DNA from: a virus
IMG/VR virus record: IMGVR_UViG_3300045988_130579
DNA: 49,955 nucleotides
Reading direction: 5' to 3' (one strand)
The notes under the pieces were generated by a model, which saw only the letters and a list, made by a program, of their open reading frames with translations, had not been told where the DNA came from and searched no databases. The position numbers were made by a program, and so were the translations under genes. Positions 16,967-26,794 of this stretch are shown in pieces (the stretch's first letter is position 1; each line of letters opens with the position of its first letter).

Positions 16967-18529
16967 TTATCGAACGCTGATTTTATTCAGGCCTTGCAGA
17001 TAGTCCGGTACGGAGACTGCGGAATCCATAGCAACGCGGCCAGCGCCCCATTTTTCAGTTTGTTTGCTTCTGCGCAGTGCGTCAACCATGCCTTTATAGG
17101 CGGTAGGCGAATACTCGGAAACATTGAAGCCTTCTGCTTTGAGTGCAGCAGCATAGATATCATCTGCGCTATCATAAGCCAGCGGGTCGACTTTGCGGCC
17201 TAAGAATGCTTGACAGGTTTCAGCAGCAGCATTGCGTTCGCGGAAACTTGCTTCAATTTTTTTACGTTCTGCCGCCAAAATGCTAGGCAGTGCGTCTTCG
17301 GCCAAGTATTTTTCTTCGCCCTCGCGTTCGTGGTCGCGGTCGATACGTTTCGGGTCAGCTTTTTCGCGTTTCTCGCCGTATTTAACGCCCATTTCAAACG
17401 CTGCTTTGAAAGCAGGGTCTTTCATTTTTTCAGAAAGTTCGTCGTCTTCTCCTAAGGCTTTTTTCATGCCTTCGCTTTCATGTTCTTTATCCAGCTTTTC
17501 GCGTTCGCCGGGTTTCTTTTCCAGTTCTTCACCATATTTGACGCCTTCTGCAAAGGTCATTTTGCCTTCATCGTCTTTGGCGGCTGGTTTGGTTACAGCT
17601 TCGGCGGCTTCGTCCTCTGCTTTGGTGCCTTTCAAGCTAAGCAGGAAAGCACGGATTTTGTCTTTAGCGGCAGCTTCCAAGCCGGGGAAAAGCTTGTCAG
17701 TGATTTCGTCAACGGTTGCGTTTTCGTCGATATCAACACCAACATCGCGGGGAGAATATCCGCCCTCTACTTGCGCTTCGACCACTTGAATTGCTTTGAG
17801 TAAGTTGCCCAATTCGGTCTCACTCTTTTCAATTCCTAAATCAGCGTCAGCTGCAAGAACAGAGTGCAAAGCTTTTGCGCGGCGTTGTTTAAAGCGCTGC
17901 ACTGGCTCGGTAATTCTAAATTTTGCCATTTCTTTTAACTCTCCTTTCGGGGTATTGTTTATAGCTAGCCCAGCGGGCATACTATCGGCAACAGCCACGT
18001 CGGAACCAGCTCGGCCACGTGGCACAAGGGCAACGTGGTTACCCTTGATATCTCTCATTATAAAGTCATACGCTACGCCGTCAACCTCGCCCGGTGTGAA
18101 GTCAGGCGTATAACGGTAGCTACACGAAAGCTCTTTAAACTCTCCACGCTCGATTTTTCCAATCGCGTCAGCGTCCTGCACTGATATGGTATTGCGCAGA
18201 TACGGCGCGTCAAACGTGGTATCGGTCCCGGTAGCTCCTACACGGTGCTCTTTCTGCGGCTCGTCTGCGCTGTCGAAGTGGTGTTCAAGCAGCAGCGGCA
18301 GGCCGTTGAAAGTCTCGGCCGCTTTGGCTAGCTCGTCCGGGTCACGGTATCCGTAGTATATCCCCGTGGGGTTAAGTCCCAGTTCGGCGGCTCCGGGTAT
18401 CTCCCGGCCATAATAAGGATTGATACAGGCTTTGGATATCGGGCAGGCTGATACGTGCAGATATCCGTTATCATCTATCCTTCGGGCTGACGGGGCAGCG
18501 TCGAAGGTCAAATTGTTATCTTTTTCCAC
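16967..18529 (-). CDS. prohead protease / scaffold fusion protein (520 aa)
   Basis: A globular N-terminal domain is followed by a Glu/Lys-rich repetitive C-terminal half containing a duplicated AFKAAFEMGVKYGEKREK segment. GTG start with an AAGAGGTG RBS. Confidence 0.6.
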   Translation of the reverse strand: MEKDNNLTFDAAPSARRIDDNGYLHVSACPISKACINPYYGREIPGAAELGLNPTGIYYGYRDPDELAKAAETFNGLPLLLEHHFDSADEPQKEHRVGATGTDTTFDAPYLRNTISVQDADAIGKIERGEFKELSCSYRYTPDFTPGEVDGVAYDFIMRDIKGNHVALVPRGRAGSDVAVADSMPAGLAINNTPKGELKEMAKFRITEPVQRFKQRRAKALHSVLAADADLGIEKSETELGNLLKAIQVVEAQVEGGYSPRDVGVDIDENATVDEITDKLFPGLEAAAKDKIRAFLLSLKGTKAEDEAAEAVTKPAAKDDEGKMTFAEGVKYGEELEKKPGEREKLDKEHESEGMKKALGEDDELSEKMKDPAFKAAFEMGVKYGEKREKADPKRIDRDHEREGEEKYLAEDALPSILAAERKKIEASFRERNAAAETCQAFLGRKVDPLAYDSADDIYAAALKAEGFNVSEYSPTAYKGMVDALRRSKQTEKWGAGRVAMDSAVSVPDYLQGLNKISVR

Positions 18530-18550
18530 TTTATCACCTCTTAACTTGCA

Positions 18551-18620
18551 TGAATAATTTTGAGGTATTTGTACGGCTTTTCACGGCATTTTATCCGCAA
18601 ATTATGCACACAGTTTAAAC
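18551..18620. repeat. Bipartite ~70-bp repeat R2 (see 6036-6105). It lies in the 227-bp gap between the F-like and scaffold genes.
   Basis: The two conserved boxes (24 and 17 nt) are identical in both copies. Confidence 0.8.
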
Positions 18621-18756
18621 GGTGTAAATCCTATCCCCGGGGGAGGGTCTACCCCAAATCTACATTTGCTTTATGCTACAGTACGTGTAAATTCAATACT
18701 TTTCTCCCTTATTATAGCAGAAAAGAGTATATTCAAAGTCCTGTAGTACGTATTTA

Positions 18757-19596
18757 CTAGGTTTCGAGCAGTTCGCTGATGTTTGGCCTGTAAGTGCAGC
18801 GGCAGTAGGGCAGCTCGCCCGGCTTCACTTTTTTACCTACCTCATAGTCAAACAAACCCTCGTCCAAGTCGAATTCTTTACCGTCCATTTCCTCATGTGA
18901 TTTACGGCTCGTTTTCTCGCCCGGAATATGTACCCATGTGCCAGTTTTTATACCCAGCTCCCGGGATTGGGCAAGTTCTAGCTCCTGCGTGGCCTTGTTC
19001 GTCTGGTCCATTGCAATCAGCTGCGCCTTACGCTCTGTAACACCTTCAATGTCTAGCAGCGTTTGATAAAGGCTTGCCATATCCCGGCCACGTTTGGCGC
19101 TTTCATACACGCTTTTGATGATTTTATCGAAAAATGACGGGGCAATAGTCCTAATAAGGTTTACATTCCGTTCGGCAGCTTCTTCTAGTATGCGTTCATA
19201 AGCTGGTGTTACCGTGAATTTAATCGCCACGCCTACCCTTTTTAGTTCCGCCATTAAAGCCGCCCTGTTGGTTTTATCAATCTTGTTGATAAAGCGTACG
19301 GCCGCCCGTTCCGCCCGCTCCCGATTGAAGTCCATAATGTACTGGTGGAATTTCCGCCGCAGCACCGCCAGAAGCTCGTCAAGGTTTACCTCTTGCCCCT
19401 CAATGGTGATATCATACGCCAGCTGGTCGCCCTTGAGAAATTTCTTGTAGTTCTTCAAGACATAGGGGATAGCTGTTTTCATCATGGGGCGGATAATGCG
19501 GCGTATCTCGCGGGCATAGCTTTGCTGTATGCCTGCGTTAAAGACGTGTGGCGGCAGGAAGGTCTGCCCTCGTCTGGTCCTTCTGCGTCTGGCCAT
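18757..19596 (-). CDS. head morphogenesis protein (Mu F / SPP1 gp7-like)
   Basis: 279 aa, immediately after the portal gene, with 4-nt overlap. Confidence 0.6.
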   Translation of the reverse strand: MARRRRTRRGQTFLPPHVFNAGIQQSYAREIRRIIRPMMKTAIPYVLKNYKKFLKGDQLAYDITIEGQEVNLDELLAVLRRKFHQYIMDFNRERAERAAVRFINKIDKTNRAALMAELKRVGVAIKFTVTPAYERILEEAAERNVNLIRTIAPSFFDKIIKSVYESAKRGRDMASLYQTLLDIEGVTERKAQLIAMDQTNKATQELELAQSRELGIKTGTWVHIPGEKTSRKSHEEMDGKEFDLDEGLFDYEVGKKVKPGELPYCRCTYRPNISELLET

Positions 19597-19600
19597 TTAC

Positions 19601-21169
19601 TCACCCCTGACTGCTATTCTCTGGCGGCGCGACGGTTTTTAACATCTCTAACATCTCGCTATAGTCTGCGCTTGGTTCTTCCGTGTCTTCTACATCAAAG
19701 TTAGCCATAAAATGGTTGTAAGGGCTATTATCACGCGTTTTAAGCTCCTCGCGTACTTCCTCTGGTGCCAATGCTCCCATAGCTATATAGAGGTTATCAG
19801 TTTCGGCTTGAGTGCGTCGAAGTGTAGCCATTACTTCCTCGCTCTTTTCAGAGAGTGGGTTAAATTCGACGCTGATACTTTCATCAATTTCGCCGTATTC
19901 AATGAGTTGCAGTATCTTTACCAACCGTTCAAGCGGTTTTCTAAGCTGCCTTTCCTGCTGGCTGCTGATGTGCTTGTAATGGTTTTCAAGGTCGCTTTCC
20001 CCTGTAGCGTTCATGCCCTGCGGGGCGATACCCCACAGTTTAGTTGCTGGCTCCTGAAACATAGCCGCCACAAACTCCATCGCCTGCGATACGATTTCAC
20101 GCACTCCTGATAAAGCTGTGATTTTAACGTCTACTTCTTCCTCTTCCTTGTCGATAAGGAGCACGCCGTCATTGTTCCGATTTTTGGCAAAATGATTTAG
20201 CCGGCGGTCTATAGACGCCCAATCAGCACCGGAAAGAATTTGTGCAGTGAGGTTTGTTTTGAATATGGTCAAACTGAATTTAGTAAGCAAACGTGCTTCT
20301 GCTTCCCGGCACTCGGTAAAGTGAGAAACTACATCTAAGACGGTTTGCGCAAGTGGAATACCGAAAAAGTTATAAGCAGGTTTCAGCAGCGTAGGCAGCT
20401 CGTTTTGCGAAAAGTATAATACCCTGCTGCGGTGAATAGGTACGCCCATAACAAACCATGTCTGCGGATTGTAGTAATTCTGGCTCATCGGGTTAGTAGA
20501 ATTATATTCCCCCGGCGAGATATTGAAGGCTTCCAGCAGGCGCAGGCCTTTGATTTTCTTGCCAAGAAGGCCATCGGCGGTAAGCGGTACCGCGTTTGCT
20601 AAGTCTTCTGCTTTTTCCCCTTCGTAGTCCATTCCAACAAGACACCCGCCCATATAGCCATTGTTGCAGATAGCTTTATAAAACATATCTTTAACGTTCA
20701 GGCGGTTTAACTCCAACTCAAGAAATTTAATCTTCTCCCGACTTTCTTCTTTTTCCGTGGTAAGCTTCCAGCCTTTTTCAGTCATTTCAGAGGCTATCAT
20801 TTCTACGCCTGTCCGAATAAGTGGGTTCTGAGTCAGCGCCGTTAAATAGCCATAGCCAAGAAACTGCGGATAGACGTTGTCGCCCAATACACGCATGGTG
20901 TGAAGTATCAAACTGTGGCAGGCGCTCATAGCTTCATCGTTGGCGGCCTGTGCCGTTGCGTCCGGATTCCCCATAGTCTCCGGAATACCGAACATGGTCT
21001 GTACGTCTTCCAGTCGCGGTTCAATAAAGATGTTATTGTTATTACTGCTATTAATGACGTTCAGCGCCTTTCTGTGCGTCTCATTTACAGACGTAGGACT
21101 AATTACTCTGCTTCTGTTTAAAAGCTCCGTACTGCGGATATTAAGCGGTTTAAACTGCTTCTTTTTCAC
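19601..21169 (-). CDS. portal protein
   Basis: 522 aa, between the large terminase and head morphogenesis genes. Confidence 0.75.
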   Translation of the reverse strand: MKKKQFKPLNIRSTELLNRSRVISPTSVNETHRKALNVINSSNNNNIFIEPRLEDVQTMFGIPETMGNPDATAQAANDEAMSACHSLILHTMRVLGDNVYPQFLGYGYLTALTQNPLIRTGVEMIASEMTEKGWKLTTEKEESREKIKFLELELNRLNVKDMFYKAICNNGYMGGCLVGMDYEGEKAEDLANAVPLTADGLLGKKIKGLRLLEAFNISPGEYNSTNPMSQNYYNPQTWFVMGVPIHRSRVLYFSQNELPTLLKPAYNFFGIPLAQTVLDVVSHFTECREAEARLLTKFSLTIFKTNLTAQILSGADWASIDRRLNHFAKNRNNDGVLLIDKEEEEVDVKITALSGVREIVSQAMEFVAAMFQEPATKLWGIAPQGMNATGESDLENHYKHISSQQERQLRKPLERLVKILQLIEYGEIDESISVEFNPLSEKSEEVMATLRRTQAETDNLYIAMGALAPEEVREELKTRDNSPYNHFMANFDVEDTEEPSADYSEMLEMLKTVAPPENSSQG

Positions 21170-21185
21170 TTTGTTTACCCCCTGA

Positions 21186-22460
21186 TTATGAAATTCGCAA
21201 AGCGCCCTTGTTCTGGCATAAATAGTTTACAGCGTCTATAGTATGGTCATTGCCGTCGGGATACGTTGCTATAAAGTTCCCGTTTTTGTCTTTTTTCAGT
21301 TCATAGTTAGCAAACTCACGGGCAGCATTCGGGCAGCGGTTAGGGTCTATGACTATCCGCAGCAGCTCCTTGCTTAAATAGTCGTATCCAGCCTCACGGC
21401 TTCCGGGTCCCTTCTTGGCCGCTCTCACGTTTATACCATAGCTTCTAAGCGTGTGAACGCTTCGGGGCTCTACATCTGATATTATAAGCTCATTTCCCGG
21501 GTTTTCCTCCCTTATGTGGTCTGCAAGCGTCCACAGCGGACACTGCACCTGATAATATTCGTTGTATATGTATAACGTTCGCCGTGCTGCGTCTAGGTTG
21601 CCGGTCATATACGCCAGCGGGTCATTAGCAAAACCAAAGTCAAGGCCGCGTTTGATGTTGCCAAAACTCTTGATTTCTTCGTCCGTTATCTCGCGCAGGA
21701 CCAAGTTGTTAAATACCTCGCCGCCAGTGCCGGTAACGTCGCCTAAAAACACATGCCGCCACCTGCGGGGTGAGAATTTACGCAGCGTTTCCGCTTCCGT
21801 TACTATCATCGGCCCTACCCATTCGGCCGGGCCATACAGGTAGTTACTCTTGTGTACTATCTTTTCAGGGGTCTTTTTCTGCGTCTCGACGTTTACCCAG
21901 CTGCTTAACGATTGCGGCGGGTTGTAGGTATAGAACACCCAGAATTTATCTCCGCCACGCATGAACGATAAACGGGCGTTGTCTACTTCTTCCATGCCGT
22001 CATATTCTGCCAGTTCTTCAAACCATAACACAGAATAGTAACCATTGGATACCTTAATCGACTTCAAGGTGTTGCTGTCGCTAAGTCCGAAAAAGTTAAT
22101 CTTCTGGCCAGTGGGCTTATAGATGATTTCAAGCGGCGACAGTCTGGCGATGAAAAATTCAGTAAGTCCCAGCTTTTCTATAGCCCATAGCATTTGTTCA
22201 TAAACCGTTTTTCTAAGCGTGTTATCTCTTTTCCGGATAACAGCTACATGCGCCGCAGGGTTATTTATGAGCAGCAGTATGGCCACTATGGCGGTAAACG
22301 ACGACTTGAAACTACCACGGCCGCCGCATAGCCAGTAATATGTATATGCGTGCTGCATTACTGCGTGGTACAGGCCATAAAATGCAGGACCTATACAGTC
22401 AGTCAGCTTTATCTGTTTAAGCCTTGTCTCCGGTGTCTGGTTCTGGTTCTGGTAATTCAT
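21186..22460 (-). CDS. terminase large subunit
   Basis: 424 aa with a Walker A-like CGGRGSFKSS motif. It overlaps the small subunit gene's end. Confidence 0.8.
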   Translation of the reverse strand: MNYQNQNQTPETRLKQIKLTDCIGPAFYGLYHAVMQHAYTYYWLCGGRGSFKSSFTAIVAILLLINNPAAHVAVIRKRDNTLRKTVYEQMLWAIEKLGLTEFFIARLSPLEIIYKPTGQKINFFGLSDSNTLKSIKVSNGYYSVLWFEELAEYDGMEEVDNARLSFMRGGDKFWVFYTYNPPQSLSSWVNVETQKKTPEKIVHKSNYLYGPAEWVGPMIVTEAETLRKFSPRRWRHVFLGDVTGTGGEVFNNLVLREITDEEIKSFGNIKRGLDFGFANDPLAYMTGNLDAARRTLYIYNEYYQVQCPLWTLADHIREENPGNELIISDVEPRSVHTLRSYGINVRAAKKGPGSREAGYDYLSKELLRIVIDPNRCPNAAREFANYELKKDKNGNFIATYPDGNDHTIDAVNYLCQNKGALRIS

Positions 22461-23262
22461 CTTCTCCCGTCACTCCCATTTGCTCTGCCAGTTCCGCAGC
22501 TCTGCGCTCCATTTCTTCCTCGCTCATGGTCGGCTGAATAGGTACACTCTCCGCCGCCGGAAGCGCCCCCGGAATATCAACGACTATCTGCGGCGTGATA
22601 TTGACGTTCACAGCTTTTTCATTAAACAGCTTATGATATCTGGCCATTCCTTCCGTGCCTGCTCTGTGCAGGCTAAGGCGCTGCACGGTCTTACCTATTA
22701 AAACGTATTCTTTATCTGGCCCTTGACCTCTGGCGGCATAGTTTAGTGTCTCGATAGTCTCGACAAGCTCGCCGCGCATTTGTCTAGTCAGATTTAACAG
22801 GGTCTCGTTTGCGTCGGCGATTTCTTCCGTTTCGATTTTTTCGCGAAGCTCATTAAGATACGTCTGTACCCACGGGCGCCGCAGTATCATATACGCCCGT
22901 TTTGCCGCGTATGTGTCGCCATAGCCTGCCGCCAGCGCGCTTTTTTTCGCATTGAAGGTCTTCATGTACTCACGGCAGAATTTCTTTTCTTGGTCAGACG
23001 CTACGCGCACGTACCCCGGTCTGATTTTGGTTACCGTCGCTATATCCTCTTTAGGCGAGCCGCCTTTTTTTGTATCCTCTTGAGAGACACGAACGCGCCC
23101 CCTATGCTGTTTTTCTATCTTTTCTTGCTGCTCCTCATATTTTTCCCAGAAGTTGTTTTCTTCTTCTGGAGTCGAAGCGTCAAGGTTTACTTTTTCCAGC
23201 TCGGCCGCTATTGCTTCCGGCGTTATCTGCTGCGTTTCCTTTTTCTTTCTCAACATCTTCAC
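22417..23262 (-). CDS. terminase small subunit
   Basis: 281 aa with an AAGYG...AAKRAYMILRRPWVQTYLNE segment typical of Terminase_2-type small subunits. It is the first gene of the late operon. Confidence 0.65.
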   Translation of the reverse strand: MKMLRKKKETQQITPEAIAAELEKVNLDASTPEEENNFWEKYEEQQEKIEKQHRGRVRVSQEDTKKGGSPKEDIATVTKIRPGYVRVASDQEKKFCREYMKTFNAKKSALAAGYGDTYAAKRAYMILRRPWVQTYLNELREKIETEEIADANETLLNLTRQMRGELVETIETLNYAARGQGPDKEYVLIGKTVQRLSLHRAGTEGMARYHKLFNEKAVNVNITPQIVVDIPGALPAAESVPIQPTMSEEEMERRAAELAEQMGVTGEDELPEPEPDTGDKA

Positions 23263-23272
23263 CCCACTTTAT

Positions 23273-23288
23273 TGTTTCACGTGAAACA
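23273..23288. promoter_or_regulatory. 16-bp perfect palindrome TGTTTCACGTGAAACA (copy 1). It lies between a TGnTATAAT box and the terS RBS.
   Basis: Exact inverted repeat, found three times in the window. Confidence 0.7.
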
Positions 23289-23341
23289 TCTGTCTATTTG
23301 TTCCATTATAACACAAGAGTAGATATTATGAATATTCTAAC

Positions 23342-23351
23342 TATACATGTT
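23342..23351 (+). promoter_or_regulatory. extended -10 promoter (TGTTATAAT) for the plus-strand moron
   Basis: Matches TGnTATAAT, 40 nt upstream of the ATG at 23391. Confidence 0.45.
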
Positions 23352-23390
23352 ATAATGTTGTTATATAACTTTTAAAAGGCGGTGTTTGTA

Positions 23391-24038
23391 ATGAGTTGGC
23401 TTTTATATGTGTGCCTTGACCTGATTTTTACCGTATTATGCTATTTAACTAACTGGTTTGTCGTCATTTTTGCTGATGAAAAAGGGCAGCTGCCTAAAGT
23501 ATTCAAGCTGTGGCAAACCTACGATAATCCCCTTGATATCCGCTGGCAGGTGCTCGAAGTCGTCCCGAAGTTCCTGCGCTATGACTTCGACAGTCACTAT
23601 ATTTATCACTACGAAATGAAAGGCGACGGCTATATGCGTCCCGGCTTCGTACAGCTCTGGTATAACGACTTCACCACAAAAGAACGTGTGCAGCGCTATT
23701 TCTGCCGCCTGCTGTGGCTTATGCGCAACAACGCTTACGGTTTTGGCTACTATGTCACCGGCCGGGCGGTAGACTTTTCAAAGGTCAAAGTATTGCGGAA
23801 AATCAAGGAACTTAACAACGAGCAATGGTTTAGCTATGTTCCCGGCTTTCTCGCCCCGTGGTCCTTCTACTACTGTAAGCAATACTGCCCGTGGTTCCGG
23901 GTCCGCCTGTATCTCGGCTGGAAGATGAAGTTTCTCGACGATTACACGCAGGTAAACCGCTGCCAGATAGCTTTTTCGTTCAATCCGTTCAAGGGCCTTG
24001 AAGAAGATAGCACCGGGGGGGATAAAAATGAACTGTAA
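23391..24038 (+). CDS. membrane-anchored Trp/Tyr-rich protein (216 aa)
   Basis: ORF track. It has an N-terminal transmembrane helix. It is on the plus strand, opposite to the bulk of the genome. Confidence 0.55.
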   Translation: MSWLLYVCLDLIFTVLCYLTNWFVVIFADEKGQLPKVFKLWQTYDNPLDIRWQVLEVVPKFLRYDFDSHYIYHYEMKGDGYMRPGFVQLWYNDFTTKERVQRYFCRLLWLMRNNAYGFGYYVTGRAVDFSKVKVLRKIKELNNEQWFSYVPGFLAPWSFYYCKQYCPWFRVRLYLGWKMKFLDDYTQVNRCQIAFSFNPFKGLEEDSTGGDKNEL

Positions 24039-24804
24039 AACATATGAGCCGGGAGAATTGCGCGACCTGCTCGGTCTATCCGATAGCCAGACTATAGCGG
24101 ACCAATTAGCCGCCATGTCAGACTTTTCAGCGTGTATAGGCTATAACACATGCGCCGACGTTATAAAAGGCGTCAGAAAGGCGGATTTTCCGCCCTGTAG
24201 GGCTTACCTGCTGAATGTTGGGTCAAGGTGCAGCGTCGTAGTTACTAATCGTCCCGCCGGAAGTATGGTATACAAGCTCTACACCTGCAAGGACTTTGCC
24301 GAAGCAAGCGAATTCGCGCACTCATTAGTTGATACTCTGTATATGCCGATACCCCGCCTGATGAATCGCATTAATGAGCAGCTTACATTTATCCCCCATT
24401 CTAATCGCCTGAACGTATCAAACAACAGCTATAACGTTCTGGTGACTATCACCAACCGCCGGGATTGCACACTGACCATAACAGACAACAATGTTGATGA
24501 TATCCCCGAAATGCTGCGGGAATATGATATCACCATTGAGCCGAAACGCCTGACCAAGTGCCGCAGCGTTATAGCCTTTTACCGGGAGTTATACGGCTAT
24601 AGCCGCACGGAACTAAATGACTTGACCGGAATCAGTCCCACAACGCTGGACCGTTACGAGCGCGGGGAAAGGTCACTGCTTAAAACTAACGTCTACTACA
24701 TCATGCTGCTGGCCAGAGTTTTTAACGTCACGATTGACCACTTAATAGAAAAAGAAATTCAGCTTAATCCGCAGGCGCTGAAAGAACTGGAAGAAGAATA
24801 CTAA
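24028..24804 (+). CDS. protein with a C-terminal XRE-type helix-turn-helix and a ~180-aa N-terminal domain of unknown function
   Basis: The HTH reads IAFYRELYGYSRTELNDLTGISPTTLDRYERGERSLLKTNVYYIMLLARVFNVTIDHLI. The start overlaps the previous gene, preceded by a G7 RBS. Confidence 0.6.
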   Translation: MNCKTYEPGELRDLLGLSDSQTIADQLAAMSDFSACIGYNTCADVIKGVRKADFPPCRAYLLNVGSRCSVVVTNRPAGSMVYKLYTCKDFAEASEFAHSLVDTLYMPIPRLMNRINEQLTFIPHSNRLNVSNNSYNVLVTITNRRDCTLTITDNNVDDIPEMLREYDITIEPKRLTKCRSVIAFYRELYGYSRTELNDLTGISPTTLDRYERGERSLLKTNVYYIMLLARVFNVTIDHLIEKEIQLNPQALKELEEEY

Positions 24805-24824
24805 AAAAAAGAAGGTTCCCACAA

Positions 24825-25343
24825 ATGAAACAACTAAAAAAATCCGATTGTGTTTATATCGTTCTTGGCGGCAACGCCATGCCGCAGGAAAGGGCGGCGC
24901 AGTTTTGGACTAACGGCGGCCGACGTATTGGCCGCTATAGTAATAAAATGCAGGCCTACCGCCAATATTGCACCCTGCGCATTCAAGAAGAATGTAGCAA
25001 GGCAGGTTTCTTCAAGGAGAAAACGCCGCTTCGGGCTGATTTATATTGCTTCCTGTCCGTGCCTGCGTCCAGAACAAAAAAGTTTCGGGAGCTGGTCGAC
25101 CAGCGCGCAGCTTACCCCATAGTTAAGCCCGACAACGATAATCTGTACAAGGCCATCACAGATAGCGCAGAAGGCGTAGCGTTTGCTAATGATAGCCAAA
25201 TCATCAGCACCGCCATTCACAAGCGCTATACAAACGATAATCCGTTTTCTGTCCTCGTTCTTTCAGTCGTCGAAAATGACGAAGATAGTATCATATGGGA
25301 CGTGTACGACAAGTTCAAGCGTCATAGAAACGTGCTCGATTGA
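24825..25343 (+). CDS. rusA: RusA-family Holliday junction resolvase
   Basis: 172 aa with PDNDNLYKAITDSAEGVAFANDSQI, which matches the RusA catalytic core. Confidence 0.7.
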   Translation: MKQLKKSDCVYIVLGGNAMPQERAAQFWTNGGRRIGRYSNKMQAYRQYCTLRIQEECSKAGFFKEKTPLRADLYCFLSVPASRTKKFRELVDQRAAYPIVKPDNDNLYKAITDSAEGVAFANDSQIISTAIHKRYTNDNPFSVLVLSVVENDEDSIIWDVYDKFKRHRNVLD

Positions 25344-25350
25344 CGGGCAA

Positions 25351-25366
25351 TGTTTCACGTGAAACA
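25351..25366. promoter_or_regulatory. 16-bp palindrome TGTTTCACGTGAAACA (copy 2)
   Basis: Exact match to 23273-23288. Confidence 0.7.
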
Positions 25367-25372
25367 AATAAA

Positions 25373-25402
25373 GCACTGTGAGAAATCCTCACAGTGCTTT
25401 TT
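25373..25402. terminator. bidirectional intrinsic terminator (10-bp GC-rich stem, A-run on one side, T-run on the other)
   Basis: gcactgtgag-aaatc-ctcacagtgc followed by ttttt. It closes the plus-strand moron and the minus-strand P2 operon. Confidence 0.8.
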
Positions 25403-25405
25403 CTA

Positions 25406-25810
25406 TCAGCTTCTTACTTTATACCGGGAAACGTAGCCATTCAGGTTCTCTGGCGGTACTCCCACTTTGGCGGCAACGTCTTTATAAATCATGCCTGCCC
25501 GAATCAGATTAAATATTTCGTCATGCAATTCCCGCCAAGGGTATATAGTACGCATTTTAAATGGCTTATACTCTGGATTTTTTTCAAGCTCCCTGAACTC
25601 GTTGTAATTTCTTTCATTGTCCTGCTCAACGGCCTTTACAGCCGGACTCTCCTGAATCGTCGGGGGGGCTGCTGCCGCTGCCTGCTTTGGCTTTATGCAG
25701 TCCGCCGGGATGTAGTGCGCCCCAAAAATGCACTCTGACAAGCCCAGAAACGGGCAGAAAACTACTCCTTCATGTCTATGTAATCTAAAACAGTCTAAAC
25801 AATTCCGCAA
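25406..25810 (-). CDS. putative DNA-binding regulator (Cys-rich N-terminus, C-terminal HTH-like segment); a candidate late regulator
   Basis: 134 aa, TTG start with an AAAGGAAC RBS. It is the last gene of the P2 operon. Confidence 0.4.
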   Translation of the reverse strand: MRNCLDCFRLHRHEGVVFCPFLGLSECIFGAHYIPADCIKPKQAAAAAPPTIQESPAVKAVEQDNERNYNEFRELEKNPEYKPFKMRTIYPWRELHDEIFNLIRAGMIYKDVAAKVGVPPENLNGYVSRYKVRS

Positions 25811-25811
25811 T

Positions 25812-26297
25812 TTATAACGTTCCTTTCAATGACAGATAGTCGCTATCGTATTCGAGTATGCGCCCGCGATAGCTGGTTTTTATCGGTGCTTCGGCTATAG
25901 CTCTGGCGATACGTTCGCTGTAGCCGGGCTTAAGGTCATATATCCCAGCAGTATATGTATAAGCCGCAATCCATGCGCCACAAGTGTCAAAACTAAATTT
26001 AGGTTTTTTATAGCAATATGGCATATCCGTAAGCATGGCTTCTACATCCCTATAATTCCAATCAATTGGGCAGTTACTACATTTATCCGTGGCGGCACAG
26101 GCAAAGCAATAGCTTTCAACCATCGGTACTATGCCGCCATTAATCGCCCATTCTGGCCAGTCCTTTTTATACTTCCGTCCGTGCGTGTCGGCGAGCCAGT
26201 TCCACAGTCGCCTGTGCAGATATCTGTAAAACACGCCATAAGATTTCCCGTAACGAATGCCGTTTAATTCGGTATATATCATTTTGCCCCTGTCCAT
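25812..26297 (-). CDS. hypothetical Cys-rich protein (161 aa)
   Basis: ORF track. Confidence 0.5.
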   Translation of the reverse strand: MDRGKMIYTELNGIRYGKSYGVFYRYLHRRLWNWLADTHGRKYKKDWPEWAINGGIVPMVESYCFACAATDKCSNCPIDWNYRDVEAMLTDMPYCYKKPKFSFDTCGAWIAAYTYTAGIYDLKPGYSERIARAIAEAPIKTSYRGRILEYDSDYLSLKGTL

Positions 26298-26794
26298 AGT
26301 CTACGCTCCCATGTATCGTAGTCGTCCCAGTAGTTGCCAACGATTATCACATCTTCGATTTCTTTGCGCGGGAGCGGCAGACGCACTTTTGCCGCCGCTT
26401 TGAAAACGCCTTCAAATAAATCTAGCTCAATGCGAAACAAGCATGTTTCCCCTTCGATATTTTGAGTTATATAGTCTCCGACAAACAGCGGAATGCGCGC
26501 AGAATTTAGGTTCTTTGCATAGACGCCTGTATATCTTTGGACTGTCAGCGGGTCTACTTCAATAGCGTACTCACCGAAGTATATACCCATTGCCCCGGCC
26601 GGACTTCCGAAGGGTATCGCTCCCCGCCTTTTCCAGTCTTCGTAGTTTACAATATACAGTTTTTTGCCAAACTGTACCAGCTGGCCATAGATAAGATTTT
26701 TCTCGTCCGTTATATCTTTTGGCATGGCGCGATAAAACAAATCTGTCCGCTCCATGTATTTTAAATACTCAATGTCTTTTTCGCTTATCTCCAT
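26279..26794 (-). CDS. hypothetical protein (171 aa)
   Basis: ORF track. Confidence 0.5.
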   Translation of the reverse strand: MEISEKDIEYLKYMERTDLFYRAMPKDITDEKNLIYGQLVQFGKKLYIVNYEDWKRRGAIPFGSPAGAMGIYFGEYAIEVDPLTVQRYTGVYAKNLNSARIPLFVGDYITQNIEGETCLFRIELDLFEGVFKAAAKVRLPLPRKEIEDVIIVGNYWDDYDTWERRLWTGAK

